From assembly GCF_009914755.1 (NCBI RefSeq), contig NC_060942.1: a DNA stretch of 64,000 nt; one strand, given 5' to 3'. Origin of the DNA: the human T2T-CHM13v2.0 reference genome, Homo sapiens. The position numbers and the translations under genes were made by a program. Positions 1 to 11,735 of the stretch are shown piece by piece. The first letter of the stretch is position 1, and each line of letters begins with the position of its first letter. The notes beneath the pieces were generated by a model. It saw only the letters and a program-made list of their open reading frames with translations, was not told where the DNA came from and did not search any database.

Positions 1-99
1 TGTAAATTTCTCCTCATATGTTCCATTCTTTTCGATACATGGGACCGTCTTCTGATCAAGCCCAAAATGGAACCTATCCTTTATTCCATCCTCTTTTTT

Positions 100-868
100 T
101 TATATCCAGTCCTTCACTGAGTTCTGTCCATTTTATCTCTAAAAGATGCCAATTCTTTTCATCTCTTGCTGTCTGTACCAGCCCCACCTTATTCCAAGCC
201 CCTGTATTTTCTCCCTTGTGCTATAGCTCTAGGCCCTGGACTCTGCTGTACTTCCTAGTGCCCTCCCTACTACTTCAATTGCCCCACCAATCAAATCAAC
301 CTTCCACCTGCAGTCAGGGTGAACTCTTTATAAGGGAAATTAGATCATTTTATTTTCATGCTTAAAAACGTTCAAGGGCTTCCTGTTGTATGTATCCAAA
401 CTTTTTATCTTGGGGTGCAAAGCACTGTACAGTATGGTCCTACCCACTTCTCAAGCCCCCAAGGAACCACACCGACCTCCTTTCTGTTCATATACTGTGC
501 CCACTCACTCCCGCTTCACTGCCTTAGTTCCTACTGTTCTTCCCCAAACTCTCAGCATGATTAACTCCTTGGGAAAGTTCAAATCTCTTCAGCTTAACTG
601 ACATCTCAGTGGGCCCTTCCCCAGCCACTCTAAGTGGCTGTGTAATAACCTCTCTCCCCTGACAGTTCTCCTTATTTTAGCACCCTATTCGTTTCTTCCA
701 TGGAACTTGGTGTTTTGAAAGTATTCATTTACTTACTGTATGCCTCCCCAGCTCCATCCCACCCTGTCCAGATTCTCAGTTATCTGAAACAGGGCGTGTA
801 TTTACCTGCTGGCCATGGTGCTTGCAGAGTGTCAGTGTTCAATCAATGTTTGAATAAAGTAAATGAAT
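100..868 (+). mobile_element. Degenerate LINE-2 3' fragment(s), boundaries approximate
   Basis: C/T-rich body ending in an L2-like tail (gtgttcaatcaatgtttgaataaagtaaatgaat). Confidence 0.5.
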
Positions 869-1482
869 CTGAATAGGTAGAAAACATGGAAACAGAGCTA
901 ACTGTCTCATGTTCCAGGCAGGTGAAAGCTTACGAGCAAAAGCAGTGTCAGAAAAGCCCCATTAGTGTTTGTAGGGCAGTTAGTCTTTATCCTCTGACCA
1001 GAACAGAAAGGAATATAATGGTGTAGTATCACAGATTCAGAAGTAAGTTTGGAGAAGGTGAGAGCAAAACTAAGGAGTTTGGGCTTTCTCTCGTATGCAT
1101 TTATGTTTCATTAAGGTTTCTAGACAGGCAATAAAATGAATGAGAACACTAAGCTAGCCACGGTGGGCAGCGTCAGTCCTCATTTTAATTATACTTTGTC
1201 ATAGTTGTTGGATCACTTCTCCCCTTCCCCTACCAGACTGATACCTCCTTCGGGGAAGGTACGATTCCTAAAGCACCATGCAAGACCCCAGCTCCGAACA
1301 CAGTGCTTGGCACATGAGAGGGGCTCAATGAATATGTTTCAAATGTGTGGGTGAATTAGTGAGTAAACATTGGAAGCAATTATGCATTCATAATAGAGGT
1401 TTAGATCCGTCTCCTCCAAACTGCCTTGTTCCCTGGAGGTATCCGAATGGAGGACCAAGTAATCATACAGCGGTTACATCGC

Positions 1483-1518
1483 TGACGTCCTTCGCTCAGC
1501 CACTAGGGGGTAGATTGG
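1483..1518 (+). promoter_or_regulatory. Candidate CTCF motif with adjacent CRE-like site
   Basis: CAGCCACTAGGGGGTAG at 1497-1513 resembles the CTCF core, and TGACGTC lies at 1483-1489. Local CpG retention. Motif evidence only. Confidence 0.45.
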
Positions 1519-2076
1519 CTTTGTCTCTTCTTGACTTCCTTAACCTTGCAGAGGAAGTCTGTTAGAGGATTAACAATAGATACTCTGCATGACTCCAATA
1601 GTGTCATGCAGTGCAGTGATTAATATATATAGCAAACAGTTTTCTTGCTAAAGCTTAGTTGATTCAATCTAAATATTCTTTCAGAGAGGTCTTCCTAATT
1701 GTAATGACATGGTATAAATATAAGAAGAAAGAATGTCAATTATCACTTCGTATAATAACAGTGTTAGTGTTCATGCACATAAATTACAAGTAAGTTTACC
1801 TATTTAAAAGCAAGAAAAGTGCTCAGTTTTGCAATTTAAAACTTTCGAATATGCCACATTTTAAAATTATGTCATTACAACCAGTAGAAGTTAGTAATCA
1901 CCACTAAAGTGCATGTTCTTGAATAGTTGATGAACTACTCATAGTGAAATTCTTTAAAATATCATTTGAAAGGGTAGGATTTAAAGGCACCTATGTTATA
2001 TTTATTTTCAAACACTTCAGACTCATCCAACATGCTTTGAATATCTGTTATGTAGCTAGTATCATGAAAACTTCTA

Positions 2077-2238
2077 GAACTGCACTGTCTCATATGGCAG
2101 CTACTAATCACACATGGCAATTTAAATTCAAATTTTCAGTTCCTCAGTCTCACTAACCACATTTCAAATGCTCAGTAACCAGATGTGGCTAGTGGCTACA
2201 TTTCCATCATTTCAGAAAGTTCTATTGGAAGACATTGC
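2077..2238. mobile_element. MER3/MER33-like hAT-Charlie DNA transposon fossil
   Basis: Recognisable motifs ccacatttcaaatgctcagtaaccagatgtggctagtggctac and cagaaagttctattgga. Confidence 0.7.
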
Positions 2239-2799
2239 TCTAAAGAAAAGAAATTAATATGACCCATAATGATCACTCTATTTGTAGCATCAGGAATGAC
2301 TGGAATCTGTCTAGGATTCCAGTCATTGGAGCAGATGTCCTCACCCACATTGATGAAAACACTTCAGTGCCCTCGTTCCCAATAGGTAATGATCCTAAGT
2401 CAAATTATGGCCACTAGATTAAAGATGAGGCCTTATCCTTGTCAGTATCTTATCTGTTTGAGCTAGTTGTATATTTTCTTATTTTGTTCTAAACCCATTG
2501 TAATGTAGTTTTACAAAATGACATTTTGAAAGCAAACAACTTCAAAGTATTAGCTTAACCCCGAACTCATCCTGTATATTCTAATCTACTGGCTTAAGTT
2601 CCCCTGTCTATAAAAGTAATAACTCAGCAGCTTTGGCGGAGTTCCTTCATCCCTTCAGTGGATTCAGGATTTCAAGAGTCTGAGTAGGAGCTTATCATAA
2701 AGTGTCTGACAGTGCATACATCAGAAGGGTTTATTGGATAAAGATGCAATCTGAGTCCATCTGCTCCAGATATTTTATCACTTTCTCATTCTTTTGCAG

Positions 2800-3001
2800 A
2801 TCACCTACAAAGCAGTCAGTTCCTTTGACCCAGAAATAGATTTATCCAATCAGAGTGGAAGAGTTTCAAAGCTGGGAAATGAAACCCATTTTCTGTTTTT
2901 TGGACTGTATCCGGGGACCACATACTCCTTTACCATCCGAGCTAGCACAGCTAAGGGTTTTGGGCCTCCAGCAACAAACCAGTTCACCACCAAAATATCA
3001 G
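2800..3001 (+). CDS. PTPRM: PTPRM internal coding exon (FNIII repeat; [20 protein letters not shown]...[14 protein letters not shown]), 202 nt
   Basis: Acceptor ctttctcattcttttgcag|ATC and donor TCAG|gtactc. The translation has the FNIII signature [20 protein letters not shown] and matches the recalled PTP-mu sequence. Ends in phase 1, compatible with the next exon. Confidence 0.97.
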
Positions 3002-4464
3002 GTACTCTACATTCGTGAGTTGTGTCTTTTATCAGAAGTAACATTTTTGTCCGTTTTCATTCCCATTGTCAAGTATGCCAAGCTCGCCCACACTAACATT
3101 GTATCCAAAGGAATACTCCTGGATGCCTGAAGCTCAGACTCACAGCTTTAAATGAAGTACTACAAATATTTCTCATTTGGGAGCTTAAGATCCTCACATG
3201 TTAGGAAGTGGCTATTGTTTTAGCAGGGCGTCTTGGAGGACTTGGGCATGAGGCAGAAGGTTCTGTTGAGACACTCTCATCCCCTTGTCAATCCCAAGTT
3301 GCCAGAGCAGTACTGTTGGAAAAATCTCTGTAATGAACCATGAACCATCGGGAGCTCTGCAGAAAGACAGTCATATAGAGTCTGCTTCCTGAAGGATCAG
3401 CCTCCTTGGGATCTCTACCATAAGAAACTTCTGTCCTGAAGAGAGAGGCAAATACATGAGGGTACCAGGAACTGAGGGCCTCCAGCTTTTTGCTTTTAGA
3501 GACTTAATTATGCCATCTAACAAAAGACGTAATTTGAGAAATATTTCTAGGCATGTTCAACTGTGCAGAAAATGTCTTTGTACTTCAGACTAGAGGAAAT
3601 TAAGCTGCCATCTGGTATGGGATATACAACAGCAATAAAAAAATTGCATGAATATTTTTTCCCATTTTTTCCCCTTTGGGTATGAGTGTGGAAGTGTTGA
3701 GTTTTGGCTTTAACTATTTTGTTTGGGGTGGAGCAGGTGGGGTGGAAGTAGGGAAAGGAGCTAACTCTTGTTATCAGCCATGGTTAGGTCAATAATATTT
3801 AGCCTGACCTTTATATCTTTTATCTCTCATTCCTTGTTTTGTATTAATAAAAGTTATCATTTGGAGTTGAAGGAAAGGAATATTCACAACTAGAGTATTG
3901 TAAGTGTTTGGCTAGGTTTTGAGGGAGGGTTTAGAATTTTCTTTTTAAGCAATTATAACAAGGGATAATTTTTTATTGTGTAATATTTTATGAGCACAAA
4001 CTTGACTTGAAATTTAATACACTTGATATTCTGTGTATAGAATTAGGTTATAGAAACAGTATGGAGAGTTGAGAAAGAGAAAATAAGTCTTTGGGAAGTT
4101 AGAATAATTAGAGATTAGAAAACTGACACAGATTGAAGAAAATGGGTTGGTAGAAGAAAGACCACTGGACTTGGAATCAAAAAATCTAGGTTCTAGTTAT
4201 GATTTTGCCAGGCACTTCCTCTCTGATTTTGATCAAATAAATTTACTCCTACATACAAATTAAGATAATATTATCTAGCGCATGAATTTATCATGGGGAT
4301 TTAAAGATGAAATAAGTGCCAATATATATACCTCGAAGCATGTTTTAAGAAATTTTTCCCATGTAAGTTACACTACAAAGATTATTGTCATAATGAGTGT
4401 ATTTTTTGAATAAAATAATTCATTTTTGCTATTTTTATTAGATAAGAATTCTGATCAACATGGC

Positions 4465-4592
4465 CGTATTAGTCCGTTCTCACACTGCTAATAAAGACAT
4501 ACCCGAGACTGGGTAACTTATAAAGAAAAGAGGTTTAATTTACTCACAGTTCAGCATGGCTGAGGAGACCTCAGGAAACACAATCATGGTAG
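4465..4592 (-). mobile_element. Truncated THE1/MST (ERVL-MaLR) LTR fragment
   Basis: gtattagtccgttctcacactgctaataaagacatacccgagactgggtaa...gaaaagaggtttaat is the typical THE1 LTR end. Confidence 0.8.
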
Positions 4593-5502
4593 ATTCTAAT
4601 CAATGGTTTTGACCACTTTCAGCATGCCAAGTTCAAATAATTTTATTGAAAATCAAGCAACCTGACATTTTCATTAGCCTATATGGCTCATCAAGAATAA
4701 GTATTTGATTTTTATAGTCTTAAAACAGTTACAGTTTACAGGTCCTGTTTTCAATTTTCATGGACCTAAGAGAGGGAACCACTCTTGTTAATTCTATGTT
4801 ATGAATTGGAGTTAATTTTTAAGAGAATTGAAATAAATTTTAATGCTGAGATCATTCAATAAATGGAACTCAGAAGTAACCCATATCTGTTATAAACAAA
4901 TCTTTTTGTATATGTAAGACAATTTTAAAAACTGTATTTGCAAGAAAACGACCTCTAGCTTTCTCATCAGGAGTCTCTACCAGTGGGCTGTGAAAATATG
5001 GTATGCCCTCCCACATCACAGCTCCGTGTAATGATTTGTCTTGTCCGTAATTACTGAAGACCTCTGTTGCTATCATAATAAGACTTAACAGTCTAGAGAA
5101 GGAAGATGCTGGAAACTGGCCTTAGAAATAGGATTTACATTGGGAGGAGAACTAACATTTGTAGAATTATATTTGCCTGTCTCTCTGTTCTCTCTTTGAA
5201 TTACGATAATAAACGTAGAGGGTAGTTCCCCCCATTTTGAGATGTATAGAAGCTCTTATGCTAATTAAAACAAAACACAGCAAAAAGTCAAACCCAAGCC
5301 TTTCTTATTTCAGTTCCTATGTGTTTTCCACTGTCATGCTTTTCTGAGAGCCCACAGATTGTCACTAATTAATTCCAACAAATCTCTCTGACTCCCACTG
5401 TCCTCTTTAAATCCCCAATGAGTCTGGTACATGAAAAACCTTGATTTAGATGGAATAACTATAAAGTCCAATGATTATTTCCTAAATATGCCTTTAGCAT
5501 AA

Positions 5503-5660
5503 ACAGTTTATTTGAGAATTCATATGTACAGAAAAGTGTACCAATTGTAAGTGTACAGCTCGGTGATTTTTCACAAGCTATGCTCATTTAGCCAGAATCC
5601 AAATCAAGAAACAGAATATTACTCACACCTTAGAAGCCCCCTCATACCATCTCCCAACTT
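5503..5660 (-). mobile_element. Old L1M 3' end fragment
   Basis: aagtgtacagctcggtgatttttcacaa...ccaaatcaagaaacagaatatt resembles an antisense L1ME 3' UTR. Confidence 0.55.
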
Positions 5661-5877
5661 CAACTCAAGATCACAGAGGACAGTATGGGCTGCTTTTAGC
5701 AGCTGTCCCTGTGATTCTATGTAGGGAATATATGTGAAGCTTGCTCGTGGTTGTTGATAGCTGCAATGTAAAGTAAATGCACTGTGTTCTTAATGCTCTT
5801 TGTAAAAGAAAGTGGAAACTAAACTGAGAAGATAAACCAGAAATAATGAGTCTCCCATTCTACGCCTTTTTCCCCAG

Positions 5878-5980
5878 CACCCTCTATGCCAGCTTATGAA
5901 CTTGAGACACCTTTGAATCAAACTGACAATACCGTGACAGTCATGCTGAAACCTGCCCACAGCAGAGGAGCACCTGTCAG
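5878..5980 (+). CDS. PTPRM: PTPRM internal coding exon ([35 protein letters not shown]), 103 nt
   Basis: Acceptor cctttttccccag|CA and donor GTCAG|gtatgg. Phase 1 in, phase 2 out. Absent from the ORF track; translated by hand. Confidence 0.96.
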
Positions 5981-7721
5981 GTATGGAACAGAGGGTTGGG
6001 CCGGCTCTAGATAGAAGAAAACTAAATCAAGTTGATTAATTCCTCCAATGTGTTTTCTAGGGATTTGCTGCAAATCTCAGCCAGCATGTAAATCCATATG
6101 TTTATTAGCTCTAATTAAAAGTAATGACTGAGGAAAATGAAAGGGCTTTGATGTAAGGTGATCAAGTATTGTTTAAAGGGTTTTATTCTGATGCAAGTGA
6201 GTTGTTCTTTTGAAGATAAGGAACAAAGCACTAGTCTGTTGAGGAGGTAGTTTTAAATTAAAAGGTGACTGCTTGATGCAATTTGGTTACCCAAGGGCAG
6301 ATGACATTTTTGTTCTCAGCTCTGTTCTTTGAATGGATGTTTCGATTTTTTCATTTGTGTGTTTACTTTGGGTTTTATGTCATTTATTTTTTAGTAAATT
6401 GGCTAATTTCTCAATAAAATATGAGATGTATAGTTTTTTGAAAAAATAACAGATTATTGGAAAGAACATTGTGAAGTCTTTATCTGAACAGATTAGAGTT
6501 AATTACCAACATCTAGGCCCGCATCTTATTCCATGATGATTTATATAGCTAAGCAATTATAAAGTATAACTTGTATAGTGACTGAATAAAATAAATTGAT
6601 TATTTCCACGACAGAGCAAAGGATGCCTGAATAGCTCTGGAGTATCAACTTGTCATAAACTCATTAATCTACATAAGTGAAATTTCTACTTGATTCAGAG
6701 GGATTTAAATGTTTTACCTTTGTATTTTGGAATAGTTTCCCTTCAGAGTCATCTATTACTTTGAATAGAGTACTTGGAAGAAAGATTTACATTGACAATT
6801 AAGGCATTATAGGGTTTATTTTCATGTTTCTTTTGTAGAATTTGATTTCATTAATGTTTTGACACCTGGCTATATTTGATCATGTTTTCACTGCAGTATC
6901 ATAAGGCAATCAGTTAGATTTCTTTCTATTCAGTAAAATATATATGGAGGTTTCGGTTCATAAAGTCATAAGTAAAACCAGAATAGTATTAGTTTTTAGT
7001 GAAGTCAGATTAGGGAAGAGTCACAGAAATTTTTATTTGAAAAATCTCCAAAATGTTTAAAACAATTTTTAGTTTATACTGTAGAATAATGCAACACAGT
7101 AGCTCATATGAGGTTTCATGCTTGCTGTTCATAGATGCAGTTTGTGAGAATACTATGAAATATATAAAATCTCTATTCCAAATTGGAGATAGTGTTACTG
7201 CTACCTTTCGAGTGATGTGCTTGACACTCCCCAGGCCCTCTGGGTTGATTCCTGTGGGTGGCACTGAGAGGTTGCACTAATCCAATGGACCCAAGGCACG
7301 CATTAGATGCTATCCAAGACTCAAGTGTACCCATGACCATGGCTCAGTCTTTTTTGACTTTAAAAGCTGAAATTTATTAAATGAAAATGTATGCTCTGAC
7401 CATGGCCTTGGGAGTGTCATTTGTTTCTGACCCACTTAACAGTTGCTCAGACTCAGCAATAAAGGGTCATTGGGACAGGACTCAATATTTTACTGCAAAG
7501 CATCATGATCATGTGAATAGTTAGAGTTCACTCAGATTCAATGCCTCCAAACTGAAGGAAGCTGAAAGCTTAATCATTTTTCAAAAACAGCCAGTTATCC
7601 CATGGTACTTTGTTCTTATATGGATACCTTTTGCACATTTTCTATACTTGTATCTTACTTTCAAACCCTTTCAGTTGGATTTTCATTCGCATCTTTGTAT
7701 AGATCTTTCCAAGACCAAGTT

Positions 7722-8090
<369 letters not shown>

Positions 8091-8385
8091 TAGTCTTTAC
8101 AAGGTGCCAGGCACACTCCAAACTACTGTTCCTATTTCTAGCATATGCCTCACTAAGACATTATTTTGTTGTTGCTTACTTTTACACATGTCTAGTTGTT
8201 TTTCGGAGACTTTGGGACCTTACTGGTAGTTCTTGGTGTCCTCAGGCTTCCTATTCTTACATCTATAAAAATACAGATCCAAATGCTTGTCAGAGTCCAA
8301 AATACATAACTTTCACTGCAGACCTTACATCATTTCATCACTTTGTATTGCCTCACCCTCTTTTACAGTTGTCATAACATCCCGG

Positions 8386-8490
8386 TTTCCAAGTTCAACA
8401 CTGCTGTGCTTTTAGGAAGGGTCATGTCAGTATTGGTGAATATGCTCCTTGAATTTGCCAGGGGCACTTTGCATCCAGTCTCTAATACCT
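8386..8490. repeat. 105-bp inverted duplicate, copy 1
   Basis: Reverse complement of 9673-9777, 101/105 identical by manual alignment. Confidence 0.95.
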
Positions 8491-9534
8491 TCTTCCCCTG
8501 TTAGCATCTTGAAATTAATAAATATATCCATGTTCATTATTCACATCTGTAATTTTAGAATCATGATCAATCCTTAAGGGGCATCATTCAGTAAGCATTA
8601 TGGGGAAACCTGCTATAGACATCATCTTTATTGGAAGGATGCCTATCTTAAATGGGTAAATCGTGTTGGCACAAATTTGAGAGAGGAAATTATTTCAACC
8701 TCACCTGTCGAAAAGATTTTTTTTTTTTTTTTTGCAGAAAAGTGAATGTTGTCTTCAAGGGATTCATTATATAGGACAACATAATTGGACTGATTATCTG
8801 TAGAATAGATGGAAGACCAATATAGCGAGAAAGACTAGGTTGGGGAAAAAAATGTGTATAGTACCCTCTAACTAAATAGGGCATATTAAAATTCTCAATT
8901 TCATGTAATGTTTAGACAAATAAGAACTCTGATTATGGAATCGTATGGACCTAAATATAAAGCCATAATGTAAATTAAAACATTTGAACACATCTGGAAA
9001 TCTGCAAAATGCACATGTAATCAAACTGCAGTACAAGAAAGCTTTTCCCAAATGATAAGATAAATACTAGAAGGAGGAGGGAAATGGAAGCGAACATCTG
9101 TTTGCTTTCCTGGATTTTGCACAGTATTGTGTGTTCAAAAATACTGTCATTGTGTGATTTCCAAAACCCATTTTTTTCAATTGATTTGATTTTTTTTTTA
9201 ATCCGTATTCATTGATGTTGAAAATTCAGTCGAATTTCGTTTATGCACTTCACTAAGTAAGGTGGTCATGTATTGATTTCCCTACAAACACTCAGCTTGG
9301 TTCATGTAGATTCTTGAAATTGCACTAAACTCTCAATGTAAATGATTGTTGTCTTTTTATTGATCAACACATCAGCTCTGTCACATAAAATTATTTAAAT
9401 CCTGAGATGGCCAAGAAGAACACAATTCCATCATTCCAGCCAGTAAACTAGCATGTAGGAGAGAATTTTAATGTCTGTTCATGGATTCAAAGTTTTTTCA
9501 TTAATAAGATATGGAAAAGTGTAACTTTCTTTCA

Positions 9535-9674
9535 TTTATTTATGTATTTATTCTTTTTTTGAGACAGGTTCTCACTCTATTGCCCAGGCTAGAGTATAGT
9601 GGTGCAATTGTAGCTCACTGCAGTCTTGACCTTCTGAGGCTGAAGCGATCCCCCTGCCTCAGCCTCCAGAGTAG
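9535..9674 (-). mobile_element. Truncated AluJ-like right arm
   Basis: Poly-T tail, then gagacagg...gcctcagcctccagagtag, followed by an abrupt break. Confidence 0.9.
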
Positions 9675-9777
9675 GTATTAGAGACAGGATGCACAGTGCC
9701 CCTGGCAAATTCAAGGAGCATATTCACCAATACTGACATGACCCTTCCTAAAAGCACAGCAGTGTTCAATTTGGAAA
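9673..9777. repeat. 105-bp inverted duplicate, copy 2
   Basis: Reverse complement of 8386-8490. Abuts the truncated Alu. Confidence 0.95.
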
Positions 9778-9838
9778 GCAGGGCACCTCAAATGTGGAAC
9801 TGAAGCCAGAGAGAGATTATTATTGCTAATGAAAGTCT

Positions 9839-10128
9839 GTCCCAGCACTTTGGGAGGCAAAGGTGGAAGGATCACTTGAGGCCAGGAGTTTGAGACCACC
9901 CTGGGCAATGTAGCAAGACCCTGTCTCTACAAAAAAGAAAATTAAAAAACAAAAACAAACAAACAAAAAACATAGCGGAGCATGGGTATGTGCCTGCAGT
10001 CCCAACCTAGGCATGGTTGTGTGTGCCTATACTCAGGAGGCTGAGGCTGGAGGATTGCTTGAACACAGGAGTTCAAGATCAGCCTGGACAACATAGAGAG
10101 GCCCAACATAGACCCTCTACCAAAAAAA
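9839..10128 (+). mobile_element. 5'-truncated, internally rearranged AluJ-like element
   Basis: Starts at tcccagcactttgggagg. Has an A-rich linker and a second monomer with short internal duplications (gcatgg..gtgcct twice, caacataga twice). Confidence 0.85.
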
Positions 10129-11355
10129 TTTTTTTTAAGAAAGACAGGAGATAATCATGCATTTTTGTTTTAAAACGTTTCTCAGAAATTATGGTTGTTG
10201 GCATACAAATGGTTATGGTTTAGTAGTTCAAGGTTATGAAGCATAAAGCATGTTTTTTTTTTTTCTCAAGCAGCAGCAACCCATTTGTTTATCTCACTGT
10301 CCGTAAGTCCAAGGAAAGAGATGTTCAGTCCATTAACACTACCTTCCTAGACATCCTATTCTCTTCTCCACGCTAGGAGCCTTTGAGCATGCCAACCTCA
10401 TGGGGTTCTTGTGAAGACTAAATGAGGTGATATTATTTAACACTTCAAACCATGCTTTGCACATACTCAGCACCATGTAAGTGTTTACTCTTGCCTTAGC
10501 AGTAGTTCTCATTACACGTTTCTATTCATAAGACCAGCCCTGGTCCTCCAGCATTTCCTTTTTTCGTCTCATTTTATTCAAATCTGATATCATGAAAAAT
10601 CTAATTTTACATGAAAAATATAATTATTTCCTCTATCAACAGAATCATAAATAGAATTCATATAAATTCAGATTTCTCTGATGAATCTTAAGTTTGATTG
10701 CAAGGAGCTACCAGTTTATTTGTGCATTTGCAAGTTTTCAGGAATTGATCTTATAAATAATTAGCAAACTCCCCTGACCCCAAATCTATATAATAACTCA
10801 GAAAAAAAAATGGATGTGTTTCCCTATTGATCCCTGAATCATTATGTGATTGTGGTTATTATCAGCTTAACTGAATAAACTTAGCCATAAAACAAGCAAA
10901 ACGGTCTTCTGTTTATAACCACTCTAAAAGGAAATAAACACTTGGCAACATAGTAAATTTCACAATGTGCCATGGGTATGAAGAACCAGTGAGATGTATT
11001 ACTTACGTAACTTAACAAAGCCTAATGTTCTAGTCACCCTTTAAGTATATGAATCTCTTTCCACTTTATTAAAAAAAGATATTTGTGATTTACATGCCAT
11101 TTTATAATAATTCAGTCCTTATAATTATGTTAGAATTCACTCCCCAGATTCCAGAATTTGTTCTTTTAATCAGAATAGGTTTGTTCAAGAGTTTGATCCT
11201 GGCTTAGAGGAGCCAGCTAAATTCTATTATTTATTCAAAAAAGTTTATCCCTTTATAGTATTTTCCTGCTGGAATGACAATATTATTTTGAGAAACAAAA
11301 AACTTATAGTGTAAAACCTTGCAATGCAAAGTTTACCTTAAGATATAAATATTCT

Positions 11356-11508
11356 GGCCAGGTGCAGTGGCCCATGACTGTAATCCTAACACTTCGGGAG
11401 GCCAAGGTGGGAGGATTGTTTGAGCTCAGGAAGTCAAGGCAGCAGTGAGCTGTGATTATGCACTCCAACTTGGGCAGCTGAGCCAGACCCTGTCTCAAAA
11501 AAAAAAAA
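11356..11508 (+). mobile_element. Alu monomer (FRAM/FAM-like or arm-recombined AluJ)
   Basis: Single ~150-nt monomer with poly-A. TSD agatataaat on both sides. Confidence 0.85.
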
Positions 11509-11580
11509 GATATAAATGTTTTGTAATATAAATTTTAAAGTGGCTTTATTTTAACTTAGCCTATTATAAATCAATATAGG

Positions 11581-11735
11581 GGCTAGACACGGTGGTTCAA
11601 ACCTGTAATCCCAGCACTTTGGGAGGCCAAGGTTGGAGGATTGCTTGAGCCTGGGAGTGCAAGACCAGCCTGGGCAACAAATTGAGACCCTATCTCAATT
11701 ATAATTAAATTTTAAAAATTTAAAACAAAATATAA
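11581..11735 (+). mobile_element. FLAM-like Alu left monomer
   Basis: ggctagacacggtgg...gagaccctatctc followed by an AT-rich tail. TSD-like ataaatcaatata on both flanks. Confidence 0.85.

Noticed and set aside
3725-3760. G-quadruplex candidate
   Set aside because: Only three runs of at least 3 G, with irregular loops.
8386-8490. snoRNA or other ncRNA retrocopy as the source of the duplicated 105-mer
   Set aside because: I could not recognise box motifs, a poly-A tail, TSDs or a known RNA family. An Rfam search would settle it.
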